Part shown: positions 40,786 to 51,260 of the stretch, piece after piece
Layout of the letters: every line of letters begins with the position of its first letter
Numbering within the stretch: position 1 is the first letter of the stretch
DNA from: an uncultured Acidobacteriota bacterium
Lineage (GTDB): Bacteria; Acidobacteriota; JAQAZP01
DNA: 64,000 bases
Direction: 5' to 3'
Assembly: GCA_963836075.1 (NCBI GenBank)
Contig: CAWIIB010000001.1
Span: 1,696,001 to 1,760,000 of the forward strand
Program-made: the position numbers and the translations under genes
Notes under the pieces: generated by a model
Seen by the model: the letters and a program-made list of their open reading frames with translations, nothing else
Told to the model about the DNA's origin: nothing
Database searches by the model: none

Positions 40786-42457
40786 TCAGGGCGCGATGCC
40801 CACCACGGTGCAGCTGCCGCCGTCGGTATCGCCGGACGGCATGTAGGGCGGCTGGTTGTACGGCGCCGGGGTCACATCCTCCACCGTGAAGGTGAAGGTG
40901 TTGGCCCCCACCAGCGCGGTGAAGGCGGGCAGGTTCTGCTGCCAGCTGGTGCTGTAGGTCTCTCCCGGGCCGAGGTTGGTATACCCGGCACGCCAGTTGT
41001 TGTAGACCGAGCCCCCGGCCAGTTCCACGCCGATTTTACCGGCCATGCGGCGGGTGCCCTCGGCGGCCAGGTTCTCCATCTCCACGGCTCATCGTCACGG
41101 TGAACGGCAGCACGCCGAACTGGGGCAGGCAGCTCAGCGACGCGGCAACCGTCTGGTTGGAGGTCACCGTGATCACGTTGGTGAAGATGTCGGGGTTGCC
41201 GTTCTGGGTGGAGGGGTAGCAGGGATAGACGTAGTCACCGCCCACGCCCAGGCCCAGGTAATCGCCGAGGAACTGGCTCGAGCCGCCGGCGTAGTAGCTG
41301 TCAAAGGAGGCCGGGGTGAGGCGGTACTCGGTGAAGCTGGCGCCGCCGTCAACACTGAGGGCGTAGTAGGCGTCGAACATGCCGTGCTGCACGCCGTCGT
41401 TCTGCACCGTGTGGCGGGTGTCGAGGTAGAGCACGTGCAGCCGGCTCTCCTGGTCCACCTCGATCCAGGGCCACAGCTGGTCGCCGGCCGGGCTGGAGTC
41501 GCCGTTGATCACCTGCGGAGTGGTCCATGTCGATCCCTGGTCGGTGGATTTGGTCAGGTAGGCGTCGACGTTGCGGTTGCCGCCGTCCCAGCCGGTGGTG
41601 TCGAAGTAGGTGCAGTAGAGCGTGCCGTCATTGGGGTCCACCGCCAGGCCGTTCAGCGAGGGGACGCGGAAGGTGCCGGGGAACCGGGCCGAGTCGTAGA
41701 TGTCCCAGGGGTCCATCCGGGTGGCGATGGTGATCGCCGGGTCGAAGGAGACACCGCCGTTGAGGCTGCGCCGGAGCATCACCCCGTCGTAGTAGTCCCA
41801 GTAGGTCACGTAGAGCTCGCCGCCCGGGCCCACCTTGGGCAGGAAGCCGACACCGCTGCCCAGGGAGACCGGCGACGTCCAGCTGTCACCCATGTCGGTG
41901 GAATGCTGACAGCCGTAGTTGAAGGTGTGGTAGACCCGGGTGCTGTCCGGAATGCCGGGCACGATGCCCGCGGCCAGCCAGCCCTTGTCGATGCCGCCGT
42001 CGACGATGGTCATCACCGACGGCTGGAAGGTGGCGGCCCCGGGGTTCTTGCGGGCGACAAAGACGCCGCCGTTGCCGGTCCAGGACATGCCGCCGGCCCA
42101 GAGGGTGCCGGTGCGGTTGTCATAGCAGGTCATCGGGTCGCCCTCGGTGCTCCCCTCGTGGCCGGCCGGCGGGCGGAGCAGCATGTCGGTCCAGGTCTGC
42201 CCGTAGTCGTTGCTCACCGAGATCCCGGTGCGGTACTGCCCCATGCGGTAGTCGTTCCAGCCGCCCACCACCTCGTTGGGGTGCAGGTGCACCGAGGCCA
42301 TGGTGGTCTCGTTGGCCGTGGCCGTGCCGCCATCGTCGATGCGGACCTGCGGCCCCACGGTCACTTCCTGGGCCGCGGCCCCGAGGGAGAACAGGAGCAG
42401 GCCGCAGCAGGCGGCCAGCCCGAAGATTCCAAAACGTATCCCGTACTTCTGTATCAT
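40786..42457 (-). CDS. secreted Asp-box (BNR/sialidase-like) beta-propeller with shared C-terminal domain (frameshift ~41087)
   Basis: Signal peptide; SNDYGQTW, STDMGDSW, SLNGGVSF, STDQGSTW, SVDGGASF; FLGDY; ends DVTPAPYNQPPY..CTVVGIAP. Confidence 0.85.
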
Positions 42458-42514
42458 GATGTACTCCTCAACCAGCTTGCCGGCGAAGCCCGAGGCCCGC
42501 CGCGGGCGGACAGA

Positions 42515-43249
42515 TCACTTCGCCGGTTCCGGCATCTTCTCCCGCAGCAGGGGCAGGAACTGGGCGGGCACCTTGTAGCCCAGGGCCTCGGCCCGGGCCA
42601 CGCCGTCCCAGGCGCTCTCGTAGTCCTCGAGGTAATAGTCGAGGACCGCCAGGCGGCCGTAGGCCTCCCCGTGGTCGGGGTCGAGGTCCAGCACCTGCAG
42701 CCAGGCCTGCTTCGACGCCTGGTAGTCGCCGGACATCTGCAGGGCCCAGGCCAGCTGCTTCCGCGCCTCGAAATGGCCGGGAGCGAATTCCAGCGCGGTG
42801 TTGAAGGAGGCGATGGCCTCGTCCCCCAACCCCTTGCGCAGCAGGGCCTGTCCCAGGCCGGTGAGGTGTTCCGGGCTCTCCGGGGCCATGATCACCGCCC
42901 TGGTCAGGGCACCGATGGCAGCAACGCGGTCATTCTTTTCAAAGAGGTAGAAAAGGCCCCGCTGGTAGGCATCACCGGCAGTGGCGAAGACCTCCGCATC
43001 GGGGAGCGGTTGGGCCGCCGCCGGGTCCACCACCACCCGGCCCGTGTCATAGGACAGGCCGCGCAGGGCATCGGCCATCCGCTTTTCCTTGTAGCTCTGA
43101 CCGGCGGACGGGGGAGACAGTTCGCCGGCCTCCACCGGGGCCGTCTCGTCGATCACGGCCGCCTGCTCCGACTGCTGTTCGCTGCTGCAGCCGCTGAGTC
43201 CAACGGCGCAGACCAGCAGCGCCAGGGCAAGAAATCTGAGGGTGATCAT
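42515..43249 (-). CDS. TPR lipoprotein
   Basis: Lipobox LSGC; several TPR repeats. Confidence 0.8.
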   Translation of the reverse strand: MITLRFLALALLVCAVGLSGCSSEQQSEQAAVIDETAPVEAGELSPPSAGQSYKEKRMADALRGLSYDTGRVVVDPAAAQPLPDAEVFATAGDAYQRGLFYLFEKNDRVAAIGALTRAVIMAPESPEHLTGLGQALLRKGLGDEAIASFNTALEFAPGHFEARKQLAWALQMSGDYQASKQAWLQVLDLDPDHGEAYGRLAVLDYYLEDYESAWDGVARAEALGYKVPAQFLPLLREKMPEPAK

Positions 43250-43428
43250 TGCTGTCCTCCATTGCTGTCATCGGAACCGGGCCGGGGATTGCGAAGCGTG
43301 CGGCTTCCGGAAGTAACCCGATAGATCAAGTTCTGTGAGACATTGTATACCATGCCGCTCCATCGGCAGGCATGGGTTCCACCCCCGCCGGCCGGTCAGA
43401 AGACCTTCCGACGGGGGTGCGGGAGTGC

Positions 43429-46400
43429 TCAGGGAGCCACACCGGTCACGGTGCAGCCGGCGCTGTCGGTGTCGCCGGCCGCCGGATAGGGCGGCTGGTT
43501 GTATGGCGCCGCGGTCACGTCCGCGGCCAGCAGGGTGAAATCGTTGGCCCCCACCAGCGTGCCCAGCGCCGGGATGTTCTGGAGCCAGTTGGTGGTGAAG
43601 GTGTCCCCGCCGGCCACGTTGGTGTAGCCGGAACGCCAGTTGGCGAAATACTGGCCCGCGGCCACGGTGACGTGAAGCTTTGCGGCCAAGGTGCGGGTGA
43701 AGCCGGTGTAGAGGTTGGTCAGGCCCACGGTCATGTTGGTGGTGAAGGGCAGCGTCCCCGACGAGGGCACGCAGCTGAGCGAGGCGGACACCGTGTCCAC
43801 CGCGCCGCTGTCGCAGTCCAGTTCAAAGACGCTGAAGGCGTCGATCCCGGCTTCCACCACCGACCCGTCGTTGAGGTCGGAAGCCTCGAAGCGGACCTTC
43901 ACCGTGCTGGTGGGGGTGACGAAATCGGCCACGGTGAAGGTGTGGACGTTCCAGCCGCTGGGGCTCTGCGGGCCCACCGTTTCCACCAGGACCCAGCTGG
44001 CGCCGTCGTTGTTGGAAACATGGATGTTGAACAGGTCGTTGTTCGGGTCCCCGCCGACGTTGTTGGTGTACCACAGGGCGAAGCTTACCTGCGCCGCCGG
44101 CACAGCGGACAGGTCGAGGGTCGGCGAATGGAGCCAGGTGATCCCGCCGTCCACGTCGGTGTCGTCGTCGGCGTTCTGGGTCAGGTAGCAGTTGCCCGAC
44201 CCGTCGTAATCGATGGCCGGGTCGCCCCGGTCACCACCGCCCACCGGGATGCCCCGCTCCCAGGCGCCGGCGGTGAGACCGCTGCCGTCGATCACGGTCC
44301 AGCCCAGGTCGTCCTCGAAGTCGTCGCCGAAGGTTTCGGACAGCTGACCCACCTCGGAGGTGTAGTTGCCGCTGACCGGGTTGCGCACCAGGCCGGCGGT
44401 GACGCCCTCGGCGCTGAAGAAGTATTCAGGGCTTTCGTTGCAGTCGGCCGCCGGCAGGGTGGCCGTGTAGAGGTCGCCACTCAGGTGGGTCAGCGGGTAT
44501 TCGTCAAAGAACATGCCGCCCGACCGGTAGTGCAGCCTGGCCGACCCGGTGACGTAGCTGTCGGCGTTCTCCACGATCTGGACGTTGATCGTGGTGCTCA
44601 CCCCCGGATCGACATACTCCGGCGTGCCGTCGGGGAGGGTGATCTTGAGCAGCGCGGTCATGGCCAGATCGGGGTTGCCCCACAGGGCGCCCCACTCGAA
44701 GGCCTCGTACTTGATGTAGTTCCAGAGGCCGTTGAGATACATCTCGCGCAGTCCGGCCTGCAGCGCCTGCCCCTGGGTGTAGTCCCCGGAGGTGACGCGG
44801 GTGGTGAAGAAGTAGTCCAGCGACTGGCTCGATCCGTCGTAGGCGCTGTTCCAGCCCGGGCAGCCCATGGCCACCTTGGTGGCGCCCACAAATCCCACCG
44901 CCCCCTGCCGGATCATCGACTGGCCGATGTTCAGCGAGTCGGTGTCCGAATTGCTGCAGGCGTCGGCGAAGATGATCGCCGGGTAGTCGTCATCGAGGGA
45001 GGAGCAGTCCGAGGACTGGATGAAGGCCGGGGCGCCCAGGCCGGCGATGTGGGACGAGGTGGGCGACCCGTGGCCGGCCCAGTTGACAAAGGCGAAGCGC
45101 CCGGTGGGCCAGACCGCCATCACGTTGCTGTTCAGCAGCTCGTAGTCACAGGCGAAGCTGGAGTGGTAGTCCGCGTTCTGCTCGTACATCCGGGTCATGG
45201 TCCAGTCGGCCATCCAGGGCTGGTCCACCTTGGCTTCCATCAGCTCCGCGTTGTCGGTGTCGGCCCAGAAGTAGCCGCCGAGGAGCAGGATGTTCTGCTT
45301 GTAGGAGAGGTCGGTGTTCTGCTCGAAGGCCACCGACTTGTTGCAGATGTTCGTCACGTCGGTGGCCCCGCTCCAGGGGATGCGGCCCACGTTGATCTCG
45401 GCGTAGAAGTCGATGGGGTCGCTGTTCTCGCCCCACTGGTGGTCGCCGTCGGCGTCCCACGACTGGTTGTCGGGCAGCGAGAGCTCGGCGTAGTAGAAGT
45501 CGGTCTCCGGCTGGCCGTAGCCCACGTCCTGGGCGCAGCGCCGCATGGGCACGTCGTCGTAGTGGCCCACCAGCAGCAGGTCCTCGATGCCCCACTCCGC
45601 GGTGGGGTACTTGTCGATGAGGAAGTTGCGGATCCGCTCCGCCTGGTCGTAGCCGGTGTAGTTGGCGTCGATCCAGCTGGTGGTCACCACCTGCACGGTG
45701 CGGCCCTTGCTCACCTCGTGATTCACCAGCGGGGTCACCGCCGAGGTCAGGCTGTCCAGGGTGACGATGACGAAGTCGTAGAGCCCGCGGCCCTGGCGCT
45801 GTCCGGCCGGGTACCACTGCTGGGCCTGCGTGTAGTTGAGCACGATCTCCCGGGCAGTCTTTTCGGTGCCGGGCAGCCAGTCGCTCATCGGGGCCACCGA
45901 GCCCTGGTGCGGCATGGTGTAGTGGACGTTCACCGTGACCCGCGGGTGGTGGGTCAGGATCCCGCTGGCCGCGGCGTAGGTGAAGGGGGATACCCGCACG
46001 TCCACCAGGTTGTACTTGCGGTAACCGGCACGGCCCACCATTTCAGCCACCACGGCGGGCCAGGGCGCGTCGCTGCCGTAGGCCGCATGATGGTTCTGCT
46101 GGTAGCGCTCCAGGTCCCTGCGGTAGAGCTCGGGGTTCTCGTCGCCGATCACCCGCGGCAGCGGCGCCGGCGCCACGGCGTGGGAACCGGAAAGCACGGT
46201 GCTGCCCTGGCAGGTCCAGGTCACCCCGGTGGCTGTTGCGCCGGGGGGGATGGCCACGGCAAAGATCCGTGCCGGCATGTTCGGTTTTCCGGGAACCAGC
46301 AACCGCCCGAACCCCTCCACGGCAAGCTCTCCATCCTGATCAATGGTGTAGACGGAAGCGTCCACGGTCACCGACACCGTCCCGGTATCGGCGGCCCGGG

Positions 46401-46497
46401 CATCGAAGCCCGGAAGGAGAAAGAGGGCGGCAACGATCAGGCCGCAAAGGAGAACGGTTGATCGACGGCCGGCGGAAGGAGCGCAACACATGGGCAT
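43429..46497 (-). CDS. C25 (gingipain-like) cysteine peptidase with propeptide and shared C-terminal domain
   Basis: PGKPNMP propeptide, IRNFL..LLLVG, D..Y..L, VGRIP, WAGHG (His), ADACS (Cys), LWGNP; ends DVTAAPYNQPPY..CTVTGVAP. Confidence 0.9.
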   Translation of the reverse strand: MPMCCAPSAGRRSTVLLCGLIVAALFLLPGFDARAADTGTVSVTVDASVYTIDQDGELAVEGFGRLLVPGKPNMPARIFAVAIPPGATATGVTWTCQGSTVLSGSHAVAPAPLPRVIGDENPELYRRDLERYQQNHHAAYGSDAPWPAVVAEMVGRAGYRKYNLVDVRVSPFTYAAASGILTHHPRVTVNVHYTMPHQGSVAPMSDWLPGTEKTAREIVLNYTQAQQWYPAGQRQGRGLYDFVIVTLDSLTSAVTPLVNHEVSKGRTVQVVTTSWIDANYTGYDQAERIRNFLIDKYPTAEWGIEDLLLVGHYDDVPMRRCAQDVGYGQPETDFYYAELSLPDNQSWDADGDHQWGENSDPIDFYAEINVGRIPWSGATDVTNICNKSVAFEQNTDLSYKQNILLLGGYFWADTDNAELMEAKVDQPWMADWTMTRMYEQNADYHSSFACDYELLNSNVMAVWPTGRFAFVNWAGHGSPTSSHIAGLGAPAFIQSSDCSSLDDDYPAIIFADACSNSDTDSLNIGQSMIRQGAVGFVGATKVAMGCPGWNSAYDGSSQSLDYFFTTRVTSGDYTQGQALQAGLREMYLNGLWNYIKYEAFEWGALWGNPDLAMTALLKITLPDGTPEYVDPGVSTTINVQIVENADSYVTGSARLHYRSGGMFFDEYPLTHLSGDLYTATLPAADCNESPEYFFSAEGVTAGLVRNPVSGNYTSEVGQLSETFGDDFEDDLGWTVIDGSGLTAGAWERGIPVGGGDRGDPAIDYDGSGNCYLTQNADDDTDVDGGITWLHSPTLDLSAVPAAQVSFALWYTNNVGGDPNNDLFNIHVSNNDGASWVLVETVGPQSPSGWNVHTFTVADFVTPTSTVKVRFEASDLNDGSVVEAGIDAFSVFELDCDSGAVDTVSASLSCVPSSGTLPFTTNMTVGLTNLYTGFTRTLAAKLHVTVAAGQYFANWRSGYTNVAGGDTFTTNWLQNIPALGTLVGANDFTLLAADVTAAPYNQPPYPAAGDTDSAGCTVTGVAP

Positions 46498-46653
46498 ACC
46501 TCCATATAGGGATTAAAGTGCATTCGGCAACCCGGAATCCGCGGTGGCGAGTCCGCGACGTCGGAAGGCTGAACTGCGGCGGGACCCCGGTGGCCGGCGG
46601 TTGGACGGAGAGCCTGGCCGCCAATCGGGGGAACCCACTCATATGTAAGGAAT

Positions 46654-46682
46654 AATGTAATGCCGGGGGGCGGGAATGTCAA
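46654..46682 (-). promoter_or_regulatory. sigma70-type promoter
   Basis: Minus strand TTGACA-N17-TACATT, ~150 nt upstream of the C25 peptidase start. Confidence 0.65.
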
Positions 46683-46776
46683 TGCGGATGACCGCTTATC
46701 CTACTGATTCCATATACTTTCCGCAGATCGAATGGATCAGCAGCAAATGGCAGGCATCCGGGTCAGGTCATGCGTC

Positions 46777-47454
46777 TCAGTCCTTGACCGGTTTGCCGGT
46801 CTTGTACATGGTCTGGAAGCCGTCCTCGGACACTTCGGCGGAGAACTTGCGCACCCACTTGACCAGCTTGTTCCAGGTGTTGGTCAGGGCGGTGCCGCTG
46901 GTCACCCGGGTGTGCAGTCCGGCCAGCAGTTCCCCGCTCTCCTTGTGAACGAACTTCAGCTCGATCCGGGCCAGGCCCTTGCCGGCCATGGCCGGCGCCA
47001 GGAACCGTGCCGCCTTGTTTCCCCGGGTGCAGTCGACGATCCGTCCGCTGACCAGCACGTCGCCATCCTCCAGCGATACGGCGGCCCGCCCCGCGAGATC
47101 GGCGCCCAGCTGCAGTTCCAGCATGGCGGGCATCTCGGCGCTGATCTGGCGGGCCAGTTCCAGGTCCTCCTCTTCGCGTCCGGCGGCAGCGGTGCCGATG
47201 AACTGCGGTGCGGGCCAGGCCTCGAAGTGGAAGGTGTGGTCGTCGACGGAAAACCCCGGTTTGACCCAGAGGTAGTCCACTGACGATGACTGGCGGAACT
47301 CCTTGCCGCCGCCGAACCACTCCGGATCGAGCGTCCCATCGTCCAGCACCGCCTGGCCGGCCGCAGCCGGCCCGCTGCACAGCAGGGCCAGAACCGTCAT
47401 CCAGAGGATTGCCGCCATCGGAAAGAGCTGTCCCGGACACCCGGTCATCACCAT
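46777..47454 (-). CDS. secreted hypothetical protein (DUF4410-like)
   Basis: Signal peptide; GRIV...GNKAARF...AG.....E.KF....SGELLA. Confidence 0.55.
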   Translation of the reverse strand: MVMTGCPGQLFPMAAILWMTVLALLCSGPAAAGQAVLDDGTLDPEWFGGGKEFRQSSSVDYLWVKPGFSVDDHTFHFEAWPAPQFIGTAAAGREEEDLELARQISAEMPAMLELQLGADLAGRAAVSLEDGDVLVSGRIVDCTRGNKAARFLAPAMAGKGLARIELKFVHKESGELLAGLHTRVTSGTALTNTWNKLVKWVRKFSAEVSEDGFQTMYKTGKPVKD

Positions 47455-47462
47455 CCTCCCTT

Positions 47463-49780
47463 TTAGAAACTCCCCGCCGCCACCGTGGCGCCGTGACTGA
47501 TCCCGCTGTCAAATGCGTCGAGCGCGAACCACTGGCTCACCGCGGAACCGTCGTAGCGGAAGACCGCCACCGGCGAGCCGAGGGCCGGGTCGGGCCCGCC
47601 GCCGACCACGATCTCGTCCCGGCCGTTGCCGTCGAGGTCCGCCGAGGCGAACACCCGGGCGCCGAAGGCCGCCGTGCCTTCGGGCAGGGCAAAGAAGTTC
47701 AGGCCGGCCATGGTCTCGAGGGTGGCGCCGTCGTAGTTCCAGCCGCGGACATGGGCGCCGAACAGGCCGGAAGGACCGGGGGAGGTGATGATCTCGTCCA
47801 GACCGTCGCCGTCCACGTCGCCGCAGGCCACGTTCACCCCGAACTTGCTGGTGCCGTAAGCCATGAAGCTGACCGCGGACAGTGGGGCGGCCGCGCCCCC
47901 GTCCACGTTCCAGCCCCGCACGTGGGGCCCGAACACCGCACCGGGACCGGCGCCGGTGACGATTTCGTCATACCCGTCGCCATCGATGTCGCCGGCGGTA
48001 ACGTTGATTCCGAACTTGAGGGTGCCGTAACCGAAATAGCTCACCCCGGTCATGGCCGACACCGTCTGCGAAGCGCCGTAGTGGAAGGCCCGAACGTGGG
48101 GCCCGAACACGGCTCCCGGGCCGGCGCCGGTGATGATCTCGTCACGGCCGTCACGGTCCAGGTCACCGGCGGCCACGTTGACCCCGAACTTCAGTGTGCC
48201 GTAGGCCAGGAAACTGAGCCCGGCCACCGGGGTCCCGTCGGTTTGGAAACCGCGAACGTGGGGGCCGTACACCGCCCCGGGGCCGGGTCCGGTGAGCAGC
48301 TCGTCCACGCCGTCACCGTCCACGTCGCCGCATGAGACGTTGACGCCGTAGCCGCCGGCGCCGTAGGCAGCGAACTCGGCCTCGTGGGTGGCGCCCGCTT
48401 CCGCCGGGAAAACGCGGACCAGCGGCTGGTTGTCCGGGTCCGGGCCGGGCCCGGCCACCAGCCGTGCTTCCCCCCGCCGCCGGCGATGGTGATCACGTTG
48501 GTGAAGATGTCCGGGTTGCCGTTCTGGGTCGAGACGTAACAGGGGTAGACCCGGTTGCCGCCCACGGCCAGCCCCATGTAGTCGCCGAGGAACTGGCTCG
48601 ACCCGCCGGCGTCGTAGCTGTCAAAGGGCTCGGAGGTCAGCCGGTATTCGGTCCAGCTGTCGCCCCCGTCCTCGCTGATGGCGTAGTAGGCGTCGAACAT
48701 GCCGTGCAGGGCGTCGTCGTCCTGCACGGTGTGGCGGCTGTCCAGATAACAGGTGTGCAGCCGCCCCTGCTGGTCCACCTCCAGCCAGCACCAGAACTGG
48801 TCGCCGGCCGGGTCGGCGTCACCGTTGATCACGTGGGGCGTGGTCCAGTTGGATCCCTGGTCGGTTGATCTGGTCAGGTAGATGTCGACGTTGCGGTTGC
48901 CGCCGGACCAGCCGGTGGTGTCGGAGAAGAGGCAGTAGAGCGTGCCGTTGTTGGGGTCCACCGCGAGGTAGCTGAGGGCCGGCACGCGAAACCGCCCGGG
49001 GAACCGGTCGCCTCCCTGGGTGTCCCAGTAGTCCATGCGGGTCGCGATGCGGATTGGCGCTTCAAAGGAGAGGCCGCCATTGAAGCTGCGGCGCAGCATC
49101 ACCCCATCGTAAAAGTTCCACGAGGCTACATAGAGTTCGCCGTTGGGACCCACTCGCGGGAGATAACCGATTTCAGAGCCGAGAGAGACCGGGTTGTTCC
49201 AGCTGTCCCCCATGTCGGTGGAGCGCTGGCAGCCGTAGTTGTATGTGCAGTAGACGGAGGTACTGTCGGCGGTGTCGGGCCCCCGGCCGGCGGCCATCCA
49301 GCCCTTGTCGATGCCGCTGCTGTTGTAGATCATCACCGTCTCTTCGAACGAAGTCTGCCCGGCGTCCATGCGGGCCGCGAACACTCCGCCGTTGCTGGTC
49401 CAGGACATGCCGCCGAACCAGAGCGTGCCGGTGCGGTTGTCGTAACAGGCCATGGGGTCGCCGCCGTAGCCGTAGGAGGAACCGGGAGGAGGCGGAAAGA
49501 TGTCGTCGGCCCAGGTGGCCCCGCCGTCGGTGGTCAGGGAGATCCCGTTGTTGTTCGACGAGCGGTAGTCGTTCCAGCCGGCCACGGCAATCATCGGACT
49601 GGCGTGCACCGAGGCGATGGTGGTCTCGTTGGACCAGTTTGAACCACCGCCCGGGTCGATGCGGACCTGGGGGCCCATGGTGACCTCCACCGCCCCGGCG
49701 GGGAAGGCTGCCGCCAGCACGATCAACAACAGCAGGGCGAAGCCCCGCAACGGTATTCTGTTCAGGCGATCCATCTCCAT
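47463..49780 (-). CDS. secreted Asp-box beta-propeller (paralog of 40786-42457) with C-terminal FG-GAP module (frameshift in G-run ~48470)
   Basis: Same propeller up to TQNGNPDIFTNVIT, then RLVAGPGP..VRVFP and five GD.DGDG repeats, ending GATVAAGSF; GAGGAGG RBS. Confidence 0.85.
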
Positions 49781-49899
49781 CCTCCTCGATCCTGGCAGCA
49801 GTGACGGAGGGAGCACGGCACCAGGCGGTGTTCAGGCAAGGCACTGATTTCGGCTGGAACAATTCTAGCACGAGAGCGGGCGGCGGGACGAAATGCAAA

Positions 49900-49953
49900 A
49901 ACCTGGGGTCAGGCCATGGGGAGTTGCAAATGAATGGTACCTGACCCCAGGTT
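49900..49953. repeat. REP-like inverted repeat
   Basis: AACCTGGGGTCAGG ... CCTGACCCCAGGTT, 14-bp perfect arms. Confidence 0.7.
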
Positions 49954-49962
49954 GTTGCAGGA

Positions 49963-51090
49963 TCAATACTGGAGGCGCTTGCCCTGTATCGCGGGGTCGA
50001 CCTGCTGCTTGAAGGTGATGGAGGCCACGGCGCCGCGGTCGTTGGACAGCTTCAGCTCGCCACGGAGGCTTTTTGTCACGATACCGCGCACGAGGTCGAA
50101 CCCGACGTTCGCCAAACTGAAATCGCCGTGCACCAGGTCTTCAGGGTATCCCGGGCCATCATCGCTGTAGACCAGCCGGATCACTGAACCCGAGCCGGCG
50201 ATGCGGACCCTGATCCGCCCCCCCCCCTGCTCATCCAGGGCGTACTTGACTGAGTTGGAGGCCAGTTCGTTGACAATCAGGGCCAGGTGCTGGGCCTGAT
50301 CGTTGCTCACCAGTAGAGGCGAGGGGGTGATACTCACCCGGACCCGGTCCGGGTGGGACACCGACTGCACCGCGGCATTGATCACCTGCACACAGAGATC
50401 GGTGATGCGCAGCGGCCGCCATTGCACAGCGGAGAGCATCCCGTGGACCGTGGCCAGCCCCATCACCCGCCCCACCAGGCTGCGCAGAACCGGAAGATAC
50501 CCGGTGTTGCCCTCCTCCTCCGCCCGGCGCTGCTCCTTGAGCAGCACGCCGATGATCGCCGCCAGGTTGTTTTTCACCCGGTGGTTCACCTCGCGGAAGA
50601 GCACCAGGTTCGCTTCGGCGTTGCGGGCCAGCTCCGCCTCGGCCTCCTTGCGTTTGGTGATATCCCGGATCATGGTCATGCTCACCGGCTCACCCTGCCA
50701 GAAGATCCTTCTCCCGCTTACCTCCAGGGGGATGAGAGAGCCATCGCGGTGCCGCAGGATCGATTCGTAGCGCATGGGCAGCTCCCGCCCCGCGATCCGC
50801 CGGCCAAGCCGTTCCAGCACCACGTCCAGCTCCTGGGACGGCACCAGGTCGTGCAGCCGGCGCTGGAGCAGCTGCTCCTCGGTGTAGCCGCTGATCCGGG
50901 CGGTCTCGCGGTTGGCATAGTGCAACCTCCCGTTGCGGTCAGTCACCAGGAACCCCTCGCCGGCCCCGTCCACCAGCTCCTTGAACCCGCTGTTGCCGTT
51001 GTGGGGTTCGCTCTCCAGTTCACGGCAGCGGGCCCGCAGCAGTTCCAGCTCCTCCAGCAGTTCCTCTCGAGTTTTGTCGGAATCGGCCAT
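49963..51090 (-). CDS. PAS sensor histidine kinase (HisKA_2 type)
   Basis: PAS domain; REVNHRVKNNL; LIVNELASNSVKYA; DDGPG. Confidence 0.9.
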   Translation of the reverse strand: MADSDKTREELLEELELLRARCRELESEPHNGNSGFKELVDGAGEGFLVTDRNGRLHYANRETARISGYTEEQLLQRRLHDLVPSQELDVVLERLGRRIAGRELPMRYESILRHRDGSLIPLEVSGRRIFWQGEPVSMTMIRDITKRKEAEAELARNAEANLVLFREVNHRVKNNLAAIIGVLLKEQRRAEEEGNTGYLPVLRSLVGRVMGLATVHGMLSAVQWRPLRITDLCVQVINAAVQSVSHPDRVRVSITPSPLLVSNDQAQHLALIVNELASNSVKYALDEQGGGRIRVRIAGSGSVIRLVYSDDGPGYPEDLVHGDFSLANVGFDLVRGIVTKSLRGELKLSNDRGAVASITFKQQVDPAIQGKRLQY

Positions 51091-51260
51091 CCTGGGGATC
51101 ACTCCGGAAAACGCATTTTCGGAATTGTAACCCGGGGGTGGGCCGCTGTCGACCGTGGCCGAAGATGAACCAGGACGGAAAGTCTGGTATTCTGGGGGGG
51201 TTACGAAGTTCGTTTGGCGCTCCGCCCCGATGACTTGTCCCACCGGAGGATCGTTCCCCG

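Noticed and set aside
40786-41085. 99-aa ORF as a stand-alone CTD protein (likewise 35734-36102 and 47463-48458 as separate genes)
   Set aside because: The first part of each module lies in the upstream ORF, and a one-base correction gives a continuous fusion.
43372-46461. 1029-aa + strand ORF, and similar long antisense ORFs (41045-43324, 2103-3755, 60198-62165, 39073-40596, 63039-63965)
   Set aside because: These are shadow ORFs opposite clearly recognisable genes, expected in high-GC DNA, and they show no motifs.
46498-46647. 5' leader of the C25 gene containing CGGGTTGCCGAA, like the 3' end of a c-di-GMP-I riboswitch
   Set aside because: The upstream GGCAAA..GAAA tetraloop..GCAAAGC core is absent.
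47600-48350. Regularly spaced DNA repeats suggesting an array
   Set aside because: They are in-frame FG-GAP coding repeats with degenerate third positions, not CRISPR repeats and spacers.
41036-49780. Paralogous Asp-box genes or the 156-bp repeat as a DGR template/variable-repeat pair
   Set aside because: No reverse transcriptase is present and the mismatches are not adenine-specific.
49855-49870. TGGAAC-N5-TAGCA sigma54-like box on the + strand
   Set aside because: It faces away from the adjacent minus-strand gene; the same bases read as an extended -10 (TGCTAGAAT) on the minus strand.
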